In this document: piece by piece, positions 13,221 through 27,544 of the stretch
Numbering within the stretch: position 1 is the first letter of the stretch
Layout: every line of letters starts with the position of its first letter
Origin: Octopus vulgaris
Taxonomy: Eukaryota
DNA: 64,000 nucleotides
Direction: 5' to 3'
NCBI GenBank assembly: GCA_951406725.2
Contig: OX597821.1
Span: 99,572,001-99,636,000 of the forward strand
Notes under the pieces: model-generated
What the model saw: the letters and a program-made list of their open reading frames with translations, nothing else
What the model was told of the DNA's origin: nothing
Databases searched by the model: none
Position numbers and translations under genes: made by a program

Positions 13221-13699
13221 ATTAGAAAGGGGCTACATTCCATGTTAGTTGACCTTTGATAGAACTTGGATGGTAACATCCCTTTAAGAGGATTTGATAT
13301 TCTTGATGTCATTATATATACAAACATATATATATACTTTTTTTTTGAGGCCCCGTTTCTTCAATCAAAATTCATGATCTATGTACCTTTTATTCATAAC
13401 TATATTTTATTTTATTCTATATGAAATTCAATATTTCACGTTTTCCTAAAGACTGTATTTAGGTAGGAACGTTTGTGGTACAATGTAATATTTTTACAAG
13501 AACTTTTGCAGGTACAATGTATTACCATTTTATGTTTTGAAATTTTCAATTAACATAGTTTAATTCTTGTCCAACATCTTAACCAAAGTAAATAGATGAC
13601 TCATCTGTGTACTTTGATCTCAACATGGGGCTCCTTAACCACGGAGGCTCCCTGTGACTGCAGGGATTGCAGGGGTTTAGCGATGGCTCTATCAGCATG

Positions 13700-14064
13700 A
13701 TTGTGTTTTTCCAGAAATATGGCTTCCTAGCTCATCAGACTTCAGTCCACTGGACCATTGCATATGGTGTATAGATGAGAGAGAGAGGTCAGTCAATGCC
13801 CCCATAACATCATACAAAATCTCAGGTCTGCTATAGCCAATACTATTGCCAATATTGATAAAGATCTGATTTTGGCATGTCGACACTTCTGGCCGTGTAT
13901 CGAAGCAGCCTCTGATGCTAATGGTGGATTCATTAAATAGGTATAATAAAAGGATTCTCAAGATTATTTGTCCCAATTTATTTTCAAATACAGCTTTTCT
14001 TTGATGAACTACATGTCTTATTCTAAATACATACAAATGATCTCAAAAAGCTGATGCACACTGT
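13700..14064 (+). mobile_element. maT-like transposase C-terminal remnant (second family)
   Basis: EIWLPSSSDFSPLDHCIW...PHNIIQNLRSAIA...ACRHFWPCIEAASDANGGFIK*, homologous to the 28.9-kb C-terminus. Confidence 0.65.
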
Positions 14065-14113
14065 GTGTGTGCATATGTGATTGTGCATGTGTGTGTGTGC
14101 ATGTGTGATTGTG

Positions 14114-14146
<33 letters not shown>

Positions 14147-14344
14147 CTATTTAATGTTTATCGGTATCTGTTTATCTGTCTATATATTTTATATAATGCA
14201 TATCAATATCTGTTTATCCATAATATATAATGTATATATATATATAATGTACATCAATATCGGTTTATCTGTCTATATACACGTGCATACACACACACAC
14301 AATAATATATACCACTATTCTGCAAGAATATGTCTTGCCATTAC

Positions 14345-14695
14345 AATAATAATAATAAAATTATTGTATACAGTGCTCAGGTGCACCACAACTTGTCAAA
14401 AACTGCATATAAAGTATATGCAGTAATGTACAAATGTCTGGAAGCGAACAATGCATGAGTCAGATGCATGCTTGCGTGTGTATGGAGGGGAGAAAATCAG
14501 GTGTAGTGTTGGCGAATCTCAGGAAGCATGGAAGTTTTGAAGGATGCAGTGCTCCGACAACTAACAACTGATGCCGGCAGTTTGTTCCATGCTTCAGCAA
14601 CTCTCATCGTGAAAAAATGTTTCCGAAAGTCATGGGAGCTGTGCTGTTTTCTGACTTTGTAAATGTGTCCGTGGGTGTTAGACGGGTGGAGTTTC
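14345..14695 (-). mobile_element. 3' fragment of a sister CR1-clade LINE
   Basis: Minus strand encodes SNTHGHIYKVRKQHSSHDFRKHFFTMRVAEAWNKLPASVVSCRSTASFKTSMLPEIRQHYT*, matching the C-terminus of the 60431 ORF; same gtgcacctgagcactgt end and ATT tail. Confidence 0.9.
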
Positions 14696-15073
14696 TTGGA
14701 AACATGGTTGGTAACCTGAAGAGCATCCTGTTGTTGAAAATCTTATTCAATAGACTCTATCTGACCCATGCAAGCATGGGAAAATGGATATAGAACCATG
14801 ATGATGATAATAATGAAATACACATATATATGTATCTATGTACACATATACATATATCTACATATATTCTGTGGTATTGCTTTGGTCCTGTCCTGTTTAA
14901 CTCATGTGTGATATTTTTGGCGTTAGGAAGGGCATCCAGCCGTAGAAACACTGCCAGATCTGACTGGGCCTGACGAAGCCTTCCAGCTTCACAGACCCCA
15001 GTTGACCCGTCCAACCCATGCTAGCATGGAAAGCGGACGCTAAACGATGATGATGATGATGATGATAATATAT

Positions 15074-15133
<60 letters not shown>

Positions 15134-15341
15134 AGTAAGTCTAGTGTATAAACAAATACATATGTTTATGTATGTGTTATATTCCCATATGCTTACAAAA
15201 TAATTGTTTAACATTACCTGAGAATGATGATAAAACTGACAAAAGTAAGAACAATGATTAAATATATATATATACATACATACAATGTGTGTGAATACAA
15301 ACACACACACACATATATACATTATATACATGCATGTGTAA

Positions 15342-15378
<37 letters not shown>

Positions 15379-17289
15379 CACATATATACATATATATAAG
15401 CATGTATCTATACACACACGCACACACACATGCACACACACGCACACACACATGCACACACACACACACACACACATATGTATTTGAATGTATATATAAG
15501 TGTGTGAGTATGTATGTGTTTGTGATATACAGTGAAAAATTTAAGTGTGTATGTACTAAATATCAGTTTAACTGTATTTATATCTATTTATATTTTTCTA
15601 TTTTAATCTTGTCACACTCAAGAGGTTTTTCCATTGATTCAGCTTAAATTTCTCTGTTACAACACCTGATCGTTTTTACAACTGTGACATATCTTTGCCA
15701 TCACTTATCACTGACATTTATGTTATGATAGACTCTCATAGGACATTCGTCTTCCCCTAAAGAATACAGCAAGAATCTTGTCTCTATGTGTCTCTAGACC
15801 AAACATTTATTCTTTTCTTTTGAATTACAAATAGGTATTTTACATATGAAATTTTCTCATGATTTAATATTGTCTGGGGACGTGTTTTAATATTGTTGTG
15901 ATATATACCAACCATTCAAAATAGTTTATCATTCATGGATATTTGTGATTGATAATATTTGGAAATTTAAATAGGTGTTGGCATGGCTGTGTGGTTAAGA
16001 AGCTTGCTTTGCAAACATGAGGTGTCAGGTTCAGTCAAACTGCATGGCAGCATCTTAGGCAAGTGTTTCTACTATAGCCCTGAGCCAACCAATTCCTTGT
16101 GAATGAATTTGGTCAATGGAAACTGTGTGGAAACCTGTTCTTTATTCCTTTACTTGCTTCAGTCATTTGACTGCAGCCATGCTGGAGCACCGCATTTAGT
16201 GGAACAAATTGACAACAAAACATTTATAGTGCCATGAATGGATTTTCTGTTTCAAAGTTTGGTTATTGTTCTTGAAAAGATTCTTTTAGAATCAACACAC
16301 TTCCTGTTCTTGGCATCTTTGTATCTTAAAGAACAAAATATTGTCAAGCATTTTGCTCAGTGTGTTAACGTTGCTTATTTCTTTATTGCCTACAAGGGGC
16401 TAAACATAGAGAGAACAAACAAGGACAGACAAAGGGATTAAGTTGATTACATTGACCCCAGTGTGCAACTGGTATTTAATTTATTGACCTCAATAGGATG
16501 GAAGGCAAAGTCGACCTCGGCAGAATTTGAACTCAGAATGCAACGGCAGATGAAATACCACCAAGCATTTTGCCCAGTGTGCGAACACTTCTGCCAGCTC
16601 GCCGCCTTCAATCAAGTATATATTACCTCTGATTATTTGTAGTATATAAGTTGGTGGTGAGCTGGTAGAATTGTTAGCACTCTGAGCGAAATGCTAAGAG
16701 GCATTTCATCCATCTTTACATTCATGTATCAGTTAAGCACTGGGGTTGATGTAATCAACTTGCCCCTTCCTCCAAGACTGTTGACCCTGTGCCAAAATTT
16801 TGAAGCCAGTATTTGTAGTATACACCAAAAGTAGAATATCAATAACAAGATACAAATAAAAAAGGGTCAGTAATAGAGAGAAAATTTAAAAAAAGGTATA
16901 AACTGCCCCCACCAAAAACAGAAATGCATAGGCACAAGTGTGGCTGTATGGTAAGAAGTCTGCTTCCCAACTCATAGTTCAAGGTTCAGTTCCACTGTGT
17001 TGCTCTTCAGGTGCCTTCTACTATAGCCCCAGGCCAATCAAAGCCTTGTAAGTGGATTTGGTTGACAGAAACTGAAAGAAGCCTGTTGTGTATATATACA
17101 CAAGCAGACCAATGACCTTTCTCATATTTACACTTTAATCCAACACAACCTGATGCACAGTATCCTACCCTTATGGGACAGATGCAGGACGGGTCAAAAT
17201 AATCATCATGCTGAATAAAGATTTGTACTAAATCCTTCTAAATCCATTTTTCGTTTCCTTTATCAACTATATATATATATATATATATG

Positions 17290-17874
17290 GTAAAACATGA
17301 CCTTCAAATGTTGGGCCTCACAGAGGCAATAACGAAAGACCGAGACCTCTGGAGATATGCTGTAATTGAGAAGACCCAGCAAGTAAAGTGAGATCACAGC
17401 CGTAGCCTATACCAGTGCCGCATAACCAGCCCATTAAAAAAGTACCATTGAATAGTCAGGTGACATGCTGTGCTTGTGGAAACCTATTGAGTCAAGTAAA
17501 ATCAAAATCAAATCATAATCAAATGGAAATTGTAGTTGTGGCCAATGCCAGTGCCACCTGATTGGTTCTCGTACTGGTGGCATGCAGTTAGCACCATGCG
17601 TGGGTTGTTGCCAGTGTCGCCTGACTGGCTCCCCATGATGGTGGCATGTAAAAAGCACCATCTGAACATGGTCGATGCTATTGCCTTCTGACTGGCTCCC
17701 GTGTTGGTGGCAAGTAAAAAGCACCCACTACACTCTTGGAGTGATTGGTGTTAGGAAGGGCATCTGGCTGTGGAAACCTTGCCAGGTCAGATTGGAGCCG
17801 GGTGCAGCCTTCTGGCTTGCCAGTCCTCAGTTAAACCATCCAACCCATGCCAGCATGGGAAATGGACGTTAAAC

Positions 17875-17907
<33 letters not shown>
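17290..17907 (+). mobile_element. RTE 3' end with long 3'UTR; parent of the abundant ggaagggcatccagc...(GAT)n repeats
   Basis: 17290-17391 encodes VKHDLQMLGLTEAITKDRDLWRYAVIEKTQQVK*, followed by a UTR shared with copies at ~2590-2818, 14917-15065, 31035-31315, 31597-31890, 42670-43035, 45058-45360(-), 53630-53998(-), 57830-58060, 59120-59395 and 63608-63775. Confidence 0.8.
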
Positions 17908-18597
17908 ATATATATATGTATACACACATACATACATACATGTGTGTGTGTCTTTGTGTCTATGTTTGTCTGCCACCATTGCTTGACAACCAGTGTCGGT
18001 TTGTTTATGTCCTCGTAACTTAGCAGTTCAGCAAAATTGACTGATAGAATAAGTACAGGCTTAAAAAGAAAAGGAAAAAAAAATGTTCTGAGGTTGATTT
18101 GTTTGACTAAAATTCTTCAGGCATTGCCTCAGCATGGCCAAAGTAAAAGACAAATGATTAAAGACATGTTCTAATAATAGATCCATTTCTTTTTGTTTGT
18201 TTTGCCCTTTTGTTGTTGTTGTTGTTATTGTCTTACCACTCAAGTTTTAACTGAGATCATCTCATTATAGCAGTACCTTTAACTCTCTTGTTGATACAGC
18301 TGTTTTAAGGTCAGAAGATAATCCTAACAAGGATTAAAAATCATTTTAGCCTCATACAAACCAGAGATTATTATGTTGTTAATGAGTTGTATTCTAATTT
18401 CTGGTCTTTTCTTATTGATTGTGGCTTCGGGTGACGAAGAGAAACAAGCACAGTTAACAGTGGAGAAGATTAAGAAGTATTTTTTTAAAATACAGTGTGT
18501 AATTTATATCTTTTATCTTTTACTTGCTTCAGCTACTGAACTGTGGCCATGCTGGGGCACCAGCTTGAAGAGTTTTAGTCGATTAAATTGACCTGAA

Positions 18598-18703
<106 letters not shown>

Positions 18704-18704
18704 G

Positions 18705-18769
<65 letters not shown>

Positions 18770-20030
18770 TTTTTATGTCCGTTACTTAGTCTATTCAACT
18801 ATTTTGCTGTCTGCTAAGTTAAGGAGATGTAAACAAAGTGTCACCAGTTGGCAAGCAGTCATGGTGGTCATGGTGGAAAGGGCAAACATAAACACGCACA
18901 CACACACACTCACACACACACACTTACATACATGCATATTTATTAAATGACAGGGGCATAGAACACTTACATTCAGAACTCTTAGTTTCTTGTTGATTTA
19001 TTCGATACTTGCTACTGTTCTTCAGCTAATGCAAGCATGTTTATTTATTACAGGAGAAAACACATGTACGCACATACACACACACACACACACACATACA
19101 CAATGGGCTTCCACACCATTTCCATCTACCAAATTCACTCAGATGGCATTGGTTGGCTCATGGCTATTGAGAAGACACTTGCCCAAGGTGCTTTGCAGTG
19201 GGACTGAACCCCAAACCATGTGGTTGTGAAGTAAGCCTCTTAACCACATGGTCATACTACATCATTACTGTTTTAGTGTCCACTTCTTCATACTTGTGTA
19301 GCTCAGATGGAATTTTTTTGAGGCAGATTTTCATGTTGCCAATTCTGCACTGCTAGCAATTGATACAGTCATAATATCTGCAGTCTAGTATAAATTTTAA
19401 ATGTTACTAATGAGCCTTATACAATCTCTGAAGATTTGACAGTGTAGCTTGCTTGTATTGTTTTTCTTACATAACTGATATTTTTGATTGTTAATGAAAT
19501 ATATGTAAGATGATATAACTAAATAATTTATGAACAAACAGGAAGGACATTCAGTTGTAAATTAATGTTCTGTATTATATGCACCTTGATCATTACTAAA
19601 CACAGACAATTTAAAATTAAATAAACACTCATGGTTCCAGGTTCAGTCTCACTGCATGGCACCTTGGGCAAATGTCTTCTACTATAGCATCAGGCCGACC
19701 AAAGCCTTGTGAGTGGATTTGGTAGACGGAAACTGAAATAAACCCGTCATATATATGTATATATATATGTGTGTGTGTATATGTTTGTGTGTTTGTGTTT
19801 GTCCCCCCAACATCGCTTGACAACCATTGCTGGTGTGTTTACGTCCCTGCCACTTAGTGGTTTGGCAAAAAGAGACTGACAGAATAAATACCAGGCTTAC
19901 AAAGAATAAGTCCTGGGGTTGATTTGCTCGACTAAAGGCGGTGCTACAGCATAGCCGCAGTCAAATGACTGAAACAAGATAAAGTGTAAAAGTATATACA
20001 TATATAAATATGCACACATACATAATACAA

Positions 20031-20111
<81 letters not shown>

Positions 20112-20601
20112 CACACACACACAGATATACGAAATACATGCACACACTCGTCACATTTATGATTATTAATCTGTCTTGTTGGATTACAGTGTTGGTTAGG
20201 ATTATTAAAAGCTATTTGTTTGGTAAATGTGAATGGGTACACATTTTCTTACATATATATATATTCATATACAACACACATACATACATATATGTGCAAC
20301 ATACACACAGATACACACATATGCATGCAAACACATATCCAAATGTATTTACAGACACACATACACACAAAGAAGCATGTATGCACACACGTAATTCACA
20401 GACTATGCATCAGTGTATGTGTGTGTGTGTATGTGTGTATCATTATTGATATATACATATGTGTGTGTATATATGCATGACATGAATAAATGTGGATCAA
20501 TGTGTTCTTCTATCTATCTGTCTGTCTGTTTGTATATCTATCTATGTTCCATCAGTCTGTCAGTTTGTCAGTTTGACTCTCTCTCTCTCTGTATCTGTCT
20601 G

Positions 20602-20680
<79 letters not shown>

Positions 20681-21747
20681 CTGTCTGGCTGTCCATCCAT
20701 CCATCCATCCATCCATCCATCTTATCTATCCATCTGTTTCTCTGTATGTCCATCTGTCCATCCGTCTATCTGTCCGTCCTTCTATCCATCCATCCATTCA
20801 TCCATTTATATTTGTGCATGTTTGAGCATACGTGTGTGTATACATACATCACACACACATAAATATATAGACATACATACATATGTATAAATATACATAC
20901 ACTTACGCTCATAAATACTTATATATATAATTATATACATAATATGCTGTTCCATTATTGGTAAGTTGAATGAAAGAAATTACTCCATTCAGCAAGAAAT
21001 ATATATCATTTAATAAACACAGGATTTGAATGAGAACTACCATAAGTTTCATGCTTGGATGGTACAGTAATCAAGCAGGTTTGTATAGTGCATTGTGTAC
21101 CATCACGTAACCTATTTAAACATGCTATACAAGCCCATCTGATTATGGTATGCTATAGAAATCCATCCGATTACCGCACTATCCAAGCATGAAACTTATA
21201 GTAGCTTACATTTAAATCCTGTGCTTATTAAATGATAATTATGTGCACACACAAGCACATATGAGTGTAAACACAAACACACACACAATATGCAGTCTGG
21301 TTTGGGAATCAAACTTGCAGTCTAGTGATCATGAGTGCAACACCCTCACCACTGTATGTATGTATGTATATATTGATAAAAATGGTAAGAGAACAAAAGA
21401 ATGAAAGAGACCTCAATATTATGTAAATAGAGGAATTTATCTGTAAAAATAAGTGACAATTATTCGGTAGCCATGATAAAACTCTGAGTTACTGAAACAA
21501 CCTTATGACCATGAGCCAAATGCCCCTAACCACTAAGCCACACACCTTCATAATATATATATATATATATAGGTTATAAAATGAGATAGGGGTTGAAAAT
21601 TCAACCCACCATGGGATAATATATATCCAATATACTGCCAGATAGGTACCCAACAAGACTAATACATAGATGTTAAAAATTGTCAAACAATCAGTTCATC
21701 TATTGTATTATATGGGTAAAGGTAATAATATTACCGTAAATTAATAC

Positions 21748-22306
21748 TACAAAATTAGAGAATGGAGAAACATACTTAAATCAATAAAACATCAACTATC
21801 CGATGATACCCAATCAATACTTTAATACACCATTACATATGAGCAAAGGCATTATACAAAATAAGATATACAGTAATAGTAAAAAGATAAAGAGATATAA
21901 GTATAAGTATATGATGTATAAGTTTTTATATTTTACATTTTTATATTTTTATATTTATATGTATATGGTTATATAATATTTTTCACAATTATAACAAATT
22001 TAATTTAATTCTCTGAAGAGGCCGTGGGGCATCCTTGTTAATGCCTCATTCATACCTGCCTTTATGGCTTATAGGTTAAATGAGGTATGACTGCCCTCAC
22101 TGCCGAAACAGCTGTCAGTTTTGATTTAATTACATATTATATTTGAAAATTTTTTACTTATATCTATTTATCTTTTTACTATTACTGTATATCTTATTTT
22201 GTATAATGCCTTTGCTCATATGTAATGGTGTATTAAAGTATTGATTGGGTATCATCGGATAGTTGATGTTTTATTGATTTAAGTATGTTTCTCCATTCTC
22301 TAATTT

Positions 22307-22310
<4 letters not shown>
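21748..22310. repeat. Long near-perfect inverted repeat (~155-bp arms 21748-21903 / 22155-22310) enclosing a hammerhead
   Basis: caaaattagagaatggagaaacatac...gatataagta versus its reverse complement tacttatatc...ccattctctaattttg. Confidence 0.9.
22011..22118 (+). ncRNA. Type-I hammerhead motif with long stem II, intact core
   Basis: ct-CTGAAGA-ggccgtggggca...atgcctcatt...aatgaggtat...tgccctcactgcc-GAAAC-agct-GTC-ag. Stem I is short (2 bp evident). Confidence 0.7.
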
Positions 22311-22357
<47 letters not shown>

Positions 22358-23082
22358 GCTTATATATACATACATGCATAACACACACATGCACACACAT
22401 GCACACACACGCACACACATACATACACACACACTTCAGACAATGAAATCAAGTGTAGAGCGTAACTTTGTCAGCTCCTGTCAGATCATACAACTCATGC
22501 CAGCATAGAAAATGGGTATTAAATAATAATGACAATGATATATGTATGCATATGAGTGTGTGTTTGTTAGTATCTCCTTGTCTTGACAGTGCATGATAGC
22601 TGTAAACAAGCATCACTGTCGTGTAAGCGGTGTCCTTCATTTCCAATCTTCTGGGGAAAACCTGCCTGGGGTGATGGGGGAAATATTACCTTATTTGGAA
22701 ACACGTGTTGGTGACAGGGAGGGCATCTGGCCATAGAAAATCTGCCTCATGGAATTTCCTCTGCCAGTTCAAGGATAGGAAAGTGTACATTAAAATAATG
22801 ATGACTATATATATATAGTTTACCTTCGAAATGCGGAGTAGATGAAACAGGGGTGGCTGAAGAAGGGGAATGTTCCTTGTGTTGTATGTCTTGTAGTCTA
22901 TTTTTTCGTTGTTTAAGAAAAATGTCCATTTCCTTGGTTTTGTTTTTATGTTTTTATTTCTCATTGTGTTCAACGTTTTTTTTTTAGTGTCCTGTACCCA
23001 TATATGCATGTATATGTACATATAGATGTAGGTACGTACATATATGTATGTATATATGCATATGTTTTATTTATTATTTTGT

Positions 23083-23128
<46 letters not shown>

Positions 23129-23447
23129 ATAAACACACACACACATCTATATGTATGTGTACACATATGTGTGTGTGTGTGTGTGTATAGATAGATAATG
23201 AAAATGACAATATGAAAAGCAAGACAAAATACAATAAAGTTTTGGTTATTTTTATTCGTTTCATGCTCAGAGAAATGGAAATGATAATGTTTAAATGTTT
23301 CTGACCTAAAATCTTCATCAGATGAAAGGGAAGAAGGAAAAAAATTAAAAGAGAAGAAGCTATATATTTACACATACACACTAGCAATCACACACACACA
23401 CACATGCATACACATATATACACAAAATATATACCTGTATCTAAATA

Positions 23448-23497
<50 letters not shown>

Positions 23498-23532
23498 TAC
23501 ACACATACATACATGTATTATGCATAATATAC

Positions 23533-23589
<57 letters not shown>

Positions 23590-23790
23590 ATATGTATAAG
23601 TATATTTGCATATGTACATACATGTAGGTATGTATAAATGTTTATTTACACATTACTACATACTACACATATATGTATCTATGTATATGTATATGCCTAT
23701 AGCTATATACATACATTTACATAAATGCATACATACACACACATGTATAGACACAGTCACATACATACACATATATATGATGTATGTATG

Positions 23791-23824
<34 letters not shown>

Positions 23825-23862
23825 TGTATGTATGTATGTATGTATGTATGTATGTATATGCT

Positions 23863-23893
<31 letters not shown>

Positions 23894-24039
23894 TTATGTA
23901 TATATCAGTAGATGCTTTGATAATGTGTTGTAAATTGTTGATGAGGTTATTAATCAGATAATAACACTTGGGAAGTAATACCTGTGATTAATAACATAAT
24001 TACAGAATTGTGATGGGAATGAGCCTCTTACTGAGACTA

Positions 24040-24820
24040 GAATGAAGATGATGATGACGATGGTAATGATGATGATGACGATGATGGCAGTGGTGGTGGT
24101 GGTGGTGGGGGTTGGATGTGGTAGTATTAGGTTGAGTGAGTTGTGTAATTCGTGGTGGTGGTGTTGGCAGCGTTAATTCTAATTACATTCATGGTGGTGG
24201 TTGTGATGTGGTGGAGTGATTGTTTTCACTTTTTTTTTTATTAGTTGTAGCAGTGGAAAGGGTGGTGGTGGTGGTGGTGGTGGGCTGATAATATAATCTT
24301 TTTGTTGTTGTTGTTGTCGATGGTGGTGATGGTGGTGGGGGAGAGATTATCTTGGTGTCGAGGATAGTGATGATGCTTACACTTGCCTGATGGAGGCTGC
24401 ATGTGGCAGACAGGATGGTGGCGAGAATGATGAAGGTGATGATGGTGATGATGATGATGATGATGGTGATGATGGTGATGATGATGATGATGGTGGCGAT
24501 GGTGATGACGATATTGATGGTGGTGGTGGTGAGAATGATGAAGGTGACGATGATGATGATGATGATATTGATGTCGATGATAATGATGATGGTGATTGTG
24601 ATGATGATATTGATGGTGGTGGTGTTGGTGGTGAGAATGATGAAGGTGATGATGATGATGGTGATGATGATGGTGATGATGATATTGATAGTGGTGGCGA
24701 TGGTGGCAGACAATCAAGATGATAATGGTGGTGAGGATGATGATGATGATGATGATGATGAGTGATATTGAAGATGATGACTGTGACGACGATGACAATG
24801 ATGATGATGACGACAATGAA

Positions 24821-24853
<33 letters not shown>

Positions 24854-25410
24854 ATCTATGCTGGTAGTGGTGGTGGTGATGATGACAATAATGATGATGA
24901 TGTTTATGTTGATGATGATGATGATGACAATGATGAAACTGATAATGATGATCATTGCGATGTTGACAATGATGATGATGATGCCAATGATATTACTGAT
25001 GTGATTGGATTATAGTGAAGTGCCGATGGTGTGGCGGTGATGATGGTGTTTATCTTGGTGATTTAGATGAGGTGATGAAACAGATGTTACAGTGACTGGT
25101 TATGGAGGAAGGTGAGCGGAGAGATCATGGCGGTACAGGCGGTGGCACAGTGGTAACTGTGGTGGTGGCTGAGGTGGTAGCTGCATTGGGAGGAGTGGAG
25201 GACTGCAAAGAGTGAAGTTTGAAGTACAGTGAGGCAGGGTGGAGCGGGAGCGGGGAAAAAAAAGAGAAAGATGAGAACGGATGCCACAAACAGATCAATG
25301 ATATAATCAATTTAGGGGAAAGAGACACGGTGGAAAAGAGGAGGAGGAATGGGCAGGTGGATGAGGATGAAGGCAGTGTATTCTGACATCACCGGTGGCA
25401 ATGAAGACTG

Positions 25411-25447
<37 letters not shown>

Positions 25448-25480
25448 AGTGGTGGTGGCAGTGGCAGTGGTGGCATTTGT

Positions 25481-25511
<31 letters not shown>

Positions 25512-25628
25512 CTGCTGCTGCTGCTGCTGCTGCTACTGATGGTAGCGGTGGTGGTGGGGGTGGTGGTGATGATGATACTGATACTGATGATGGTGGTGAT
25601 GGTGGTGATGGTGGTGGTGATATTAACA

Positions 25629-25721
<93 letters not shown>

Positions 25722-25774
25722 TTGATAGGTCAGGAATCAATTATAATAATGATGATAATAATTGTGGCAACGAC

Positions 25775-25813
<39 letters not shown>

Positions 25814-25850
25814 TAGCTGCGGTGGTAGTGGTGGTAGTAGTAACAGTCGC
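24040..25850. repeat. Degenerate (GAT/GGT/AGT)n trinucleotide island
   Basis: Mixed trinucleotide runs in shifting phase. Similar islands at 3885-4325 and 39401-39995. Confidence 0.9.
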
Positions 25851-26322
25851 AGCAGCATTAATATTGTTACACATCTTCATTACTTTAATTAGCTGTGAAT
25901 TGTGAAAAGCAAATTTGTTATTCAATAGATGTAATATCAAAGCCTGTCAACTTTGTTGACACAGAAATACTTTAAACACATGTCTTTGCTTGGTGCAGGC
26001 TTTTAAATAGTGATACACATACACTTACATACACACATACATACATACATACATACATACATATGCATGTACATACATACACATATATATATGTACATTC
26101 ATATATATACTTACATACATGCACCTATATACACATATAAATTCATATATCTCAACAAGTATGAGTGTATATTACTTAAACACTCTCATATACGTTGTGG
26201 AAACAAGTGCACCTGAGCACTGTGAACAATAAGCTCATTGTTGTTAGTATTATTTATACATACACATATACCTACCTACAAATATACATACCCACACTCA
26301 TACATACATACAATCATACGCA

Positions 26323-26392
<70 letters not shown>

Positions 26393-26715
26393 ACTATATA
26401 TGAAGTGGTTGAAGTGTGTTGCATTTTAAAAGAATGTGTATAAATATAGATGATCATGTGTTTAAATGTGTCTGCGTGTCTAAGTGTGTGTGTGTGCATG
26501 TATGTGTGCATATTTAAATATGTGAGTGTATAAATTGACTGTATATTTATGAACAGCCGCAGGAATGCAAAGATGTATAAAACTCCATCTACAACCTCTT
26601 TCCACGAAATATATATATATTTATATACACCATAACAGAAAGTTATACTAAACAGGCATACATATACATAACACACACATACATATACATTTAAGCATAT
26701 ATATACATATATATA

Positions 26716-26746
<31 letters not shown>

Positions 26747-27088
26747 GTATATAAACATATATAAATATATACATATACATAGCTCTCTCTCTCTTTCTCC
26801 TTCCTTCTCTCTCTCTCCCTCTCCCTCTCTCTCATGCACTATCATAATTTGAAGAAAGAAAATTTCAAGATAAATTCCTCATTAGGAAAAAAAAAAAGAA
26901 CAGAAAACTCAATCAGGTCATGAACATTTCTAGAACACACAAACAAAAAAAAATAATTAAAAATTATAAAAAAAAAATACTTCCAGAAGTTTCCAGTGAA
27001 GTGATTACTAGTGATTACTATTGTTAAAAATAACAACAAAAAAACCCCAACAAAAACCAAAAACAAGACATAAACAAACAAAAGAACA

Positions 27089-27172
27089 ATGTCTTACATT
27101 TTCCCTGAACAAGATAATGTAGTGACAAGAGTGATGGATACCCTTAAAAGTATGTCGCCTTACAAGGAAAAG
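27089..27172 (+). CDS. Candidate first coding exon (MSYIFPEQDNVVTRVMDTLKSMSPYKEK), product unidentified
   Basis: aacaATG after an A-rich UTR-like tract and an upstream CT repeat; 28 open codons ending exactly at a perfect donor AAG|GTAAGT (phase 0). Too short for the ORF track. Confidence 0.5.
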
Positions 27173-27509
27173 GTAAGTTATTCCAAGTCCTTTTGATGAT
27201 GTTCTCTCCTTTTGCTTCAACTTAAAAACTGTTATTTCACTTTAATTACTTGTAGGTATCTGTTTATCTATTACAGGAACCTACACAAAATGTATCGTTG
27301 TCCCCTTTTAAGGTAAGAAGTCATACAATTATTATATTACTATTAGGTTTTAGGTTTGACAAAACCCCTCTTGTTTACATGACCTCAAACACACACACAC
27401 AAGTGCTTATATGTTTGTATGTGTGTGTGTGTGTAGTCCCACTGCATGGTACCTTGGGCCAATCACAACCTTGTCAGTGGATTTGCTAGACAGAAACTGA
27501 AAGAAGTCC

Positions 27510-27544
<35 letters not shown>

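Noticed and set aside
18236-18299. Minus-strand exon with acceptor and GTAAGA donor
   Set aside because: Stops in all three frames; it could only be a non-coding exon and has no other support.
22820-22880. Hammerhead candidate (ctgaaga-agggga-atg-ttcctt)
   Set aside because: No GAAA and NUH after the putative stem II.
24189-25892. Long poly-Asp/His/Gly/Met ORFs
   Set aside because: Open in several frames on both strands because of trinucleotide repeats; phase shifts and no splice support.
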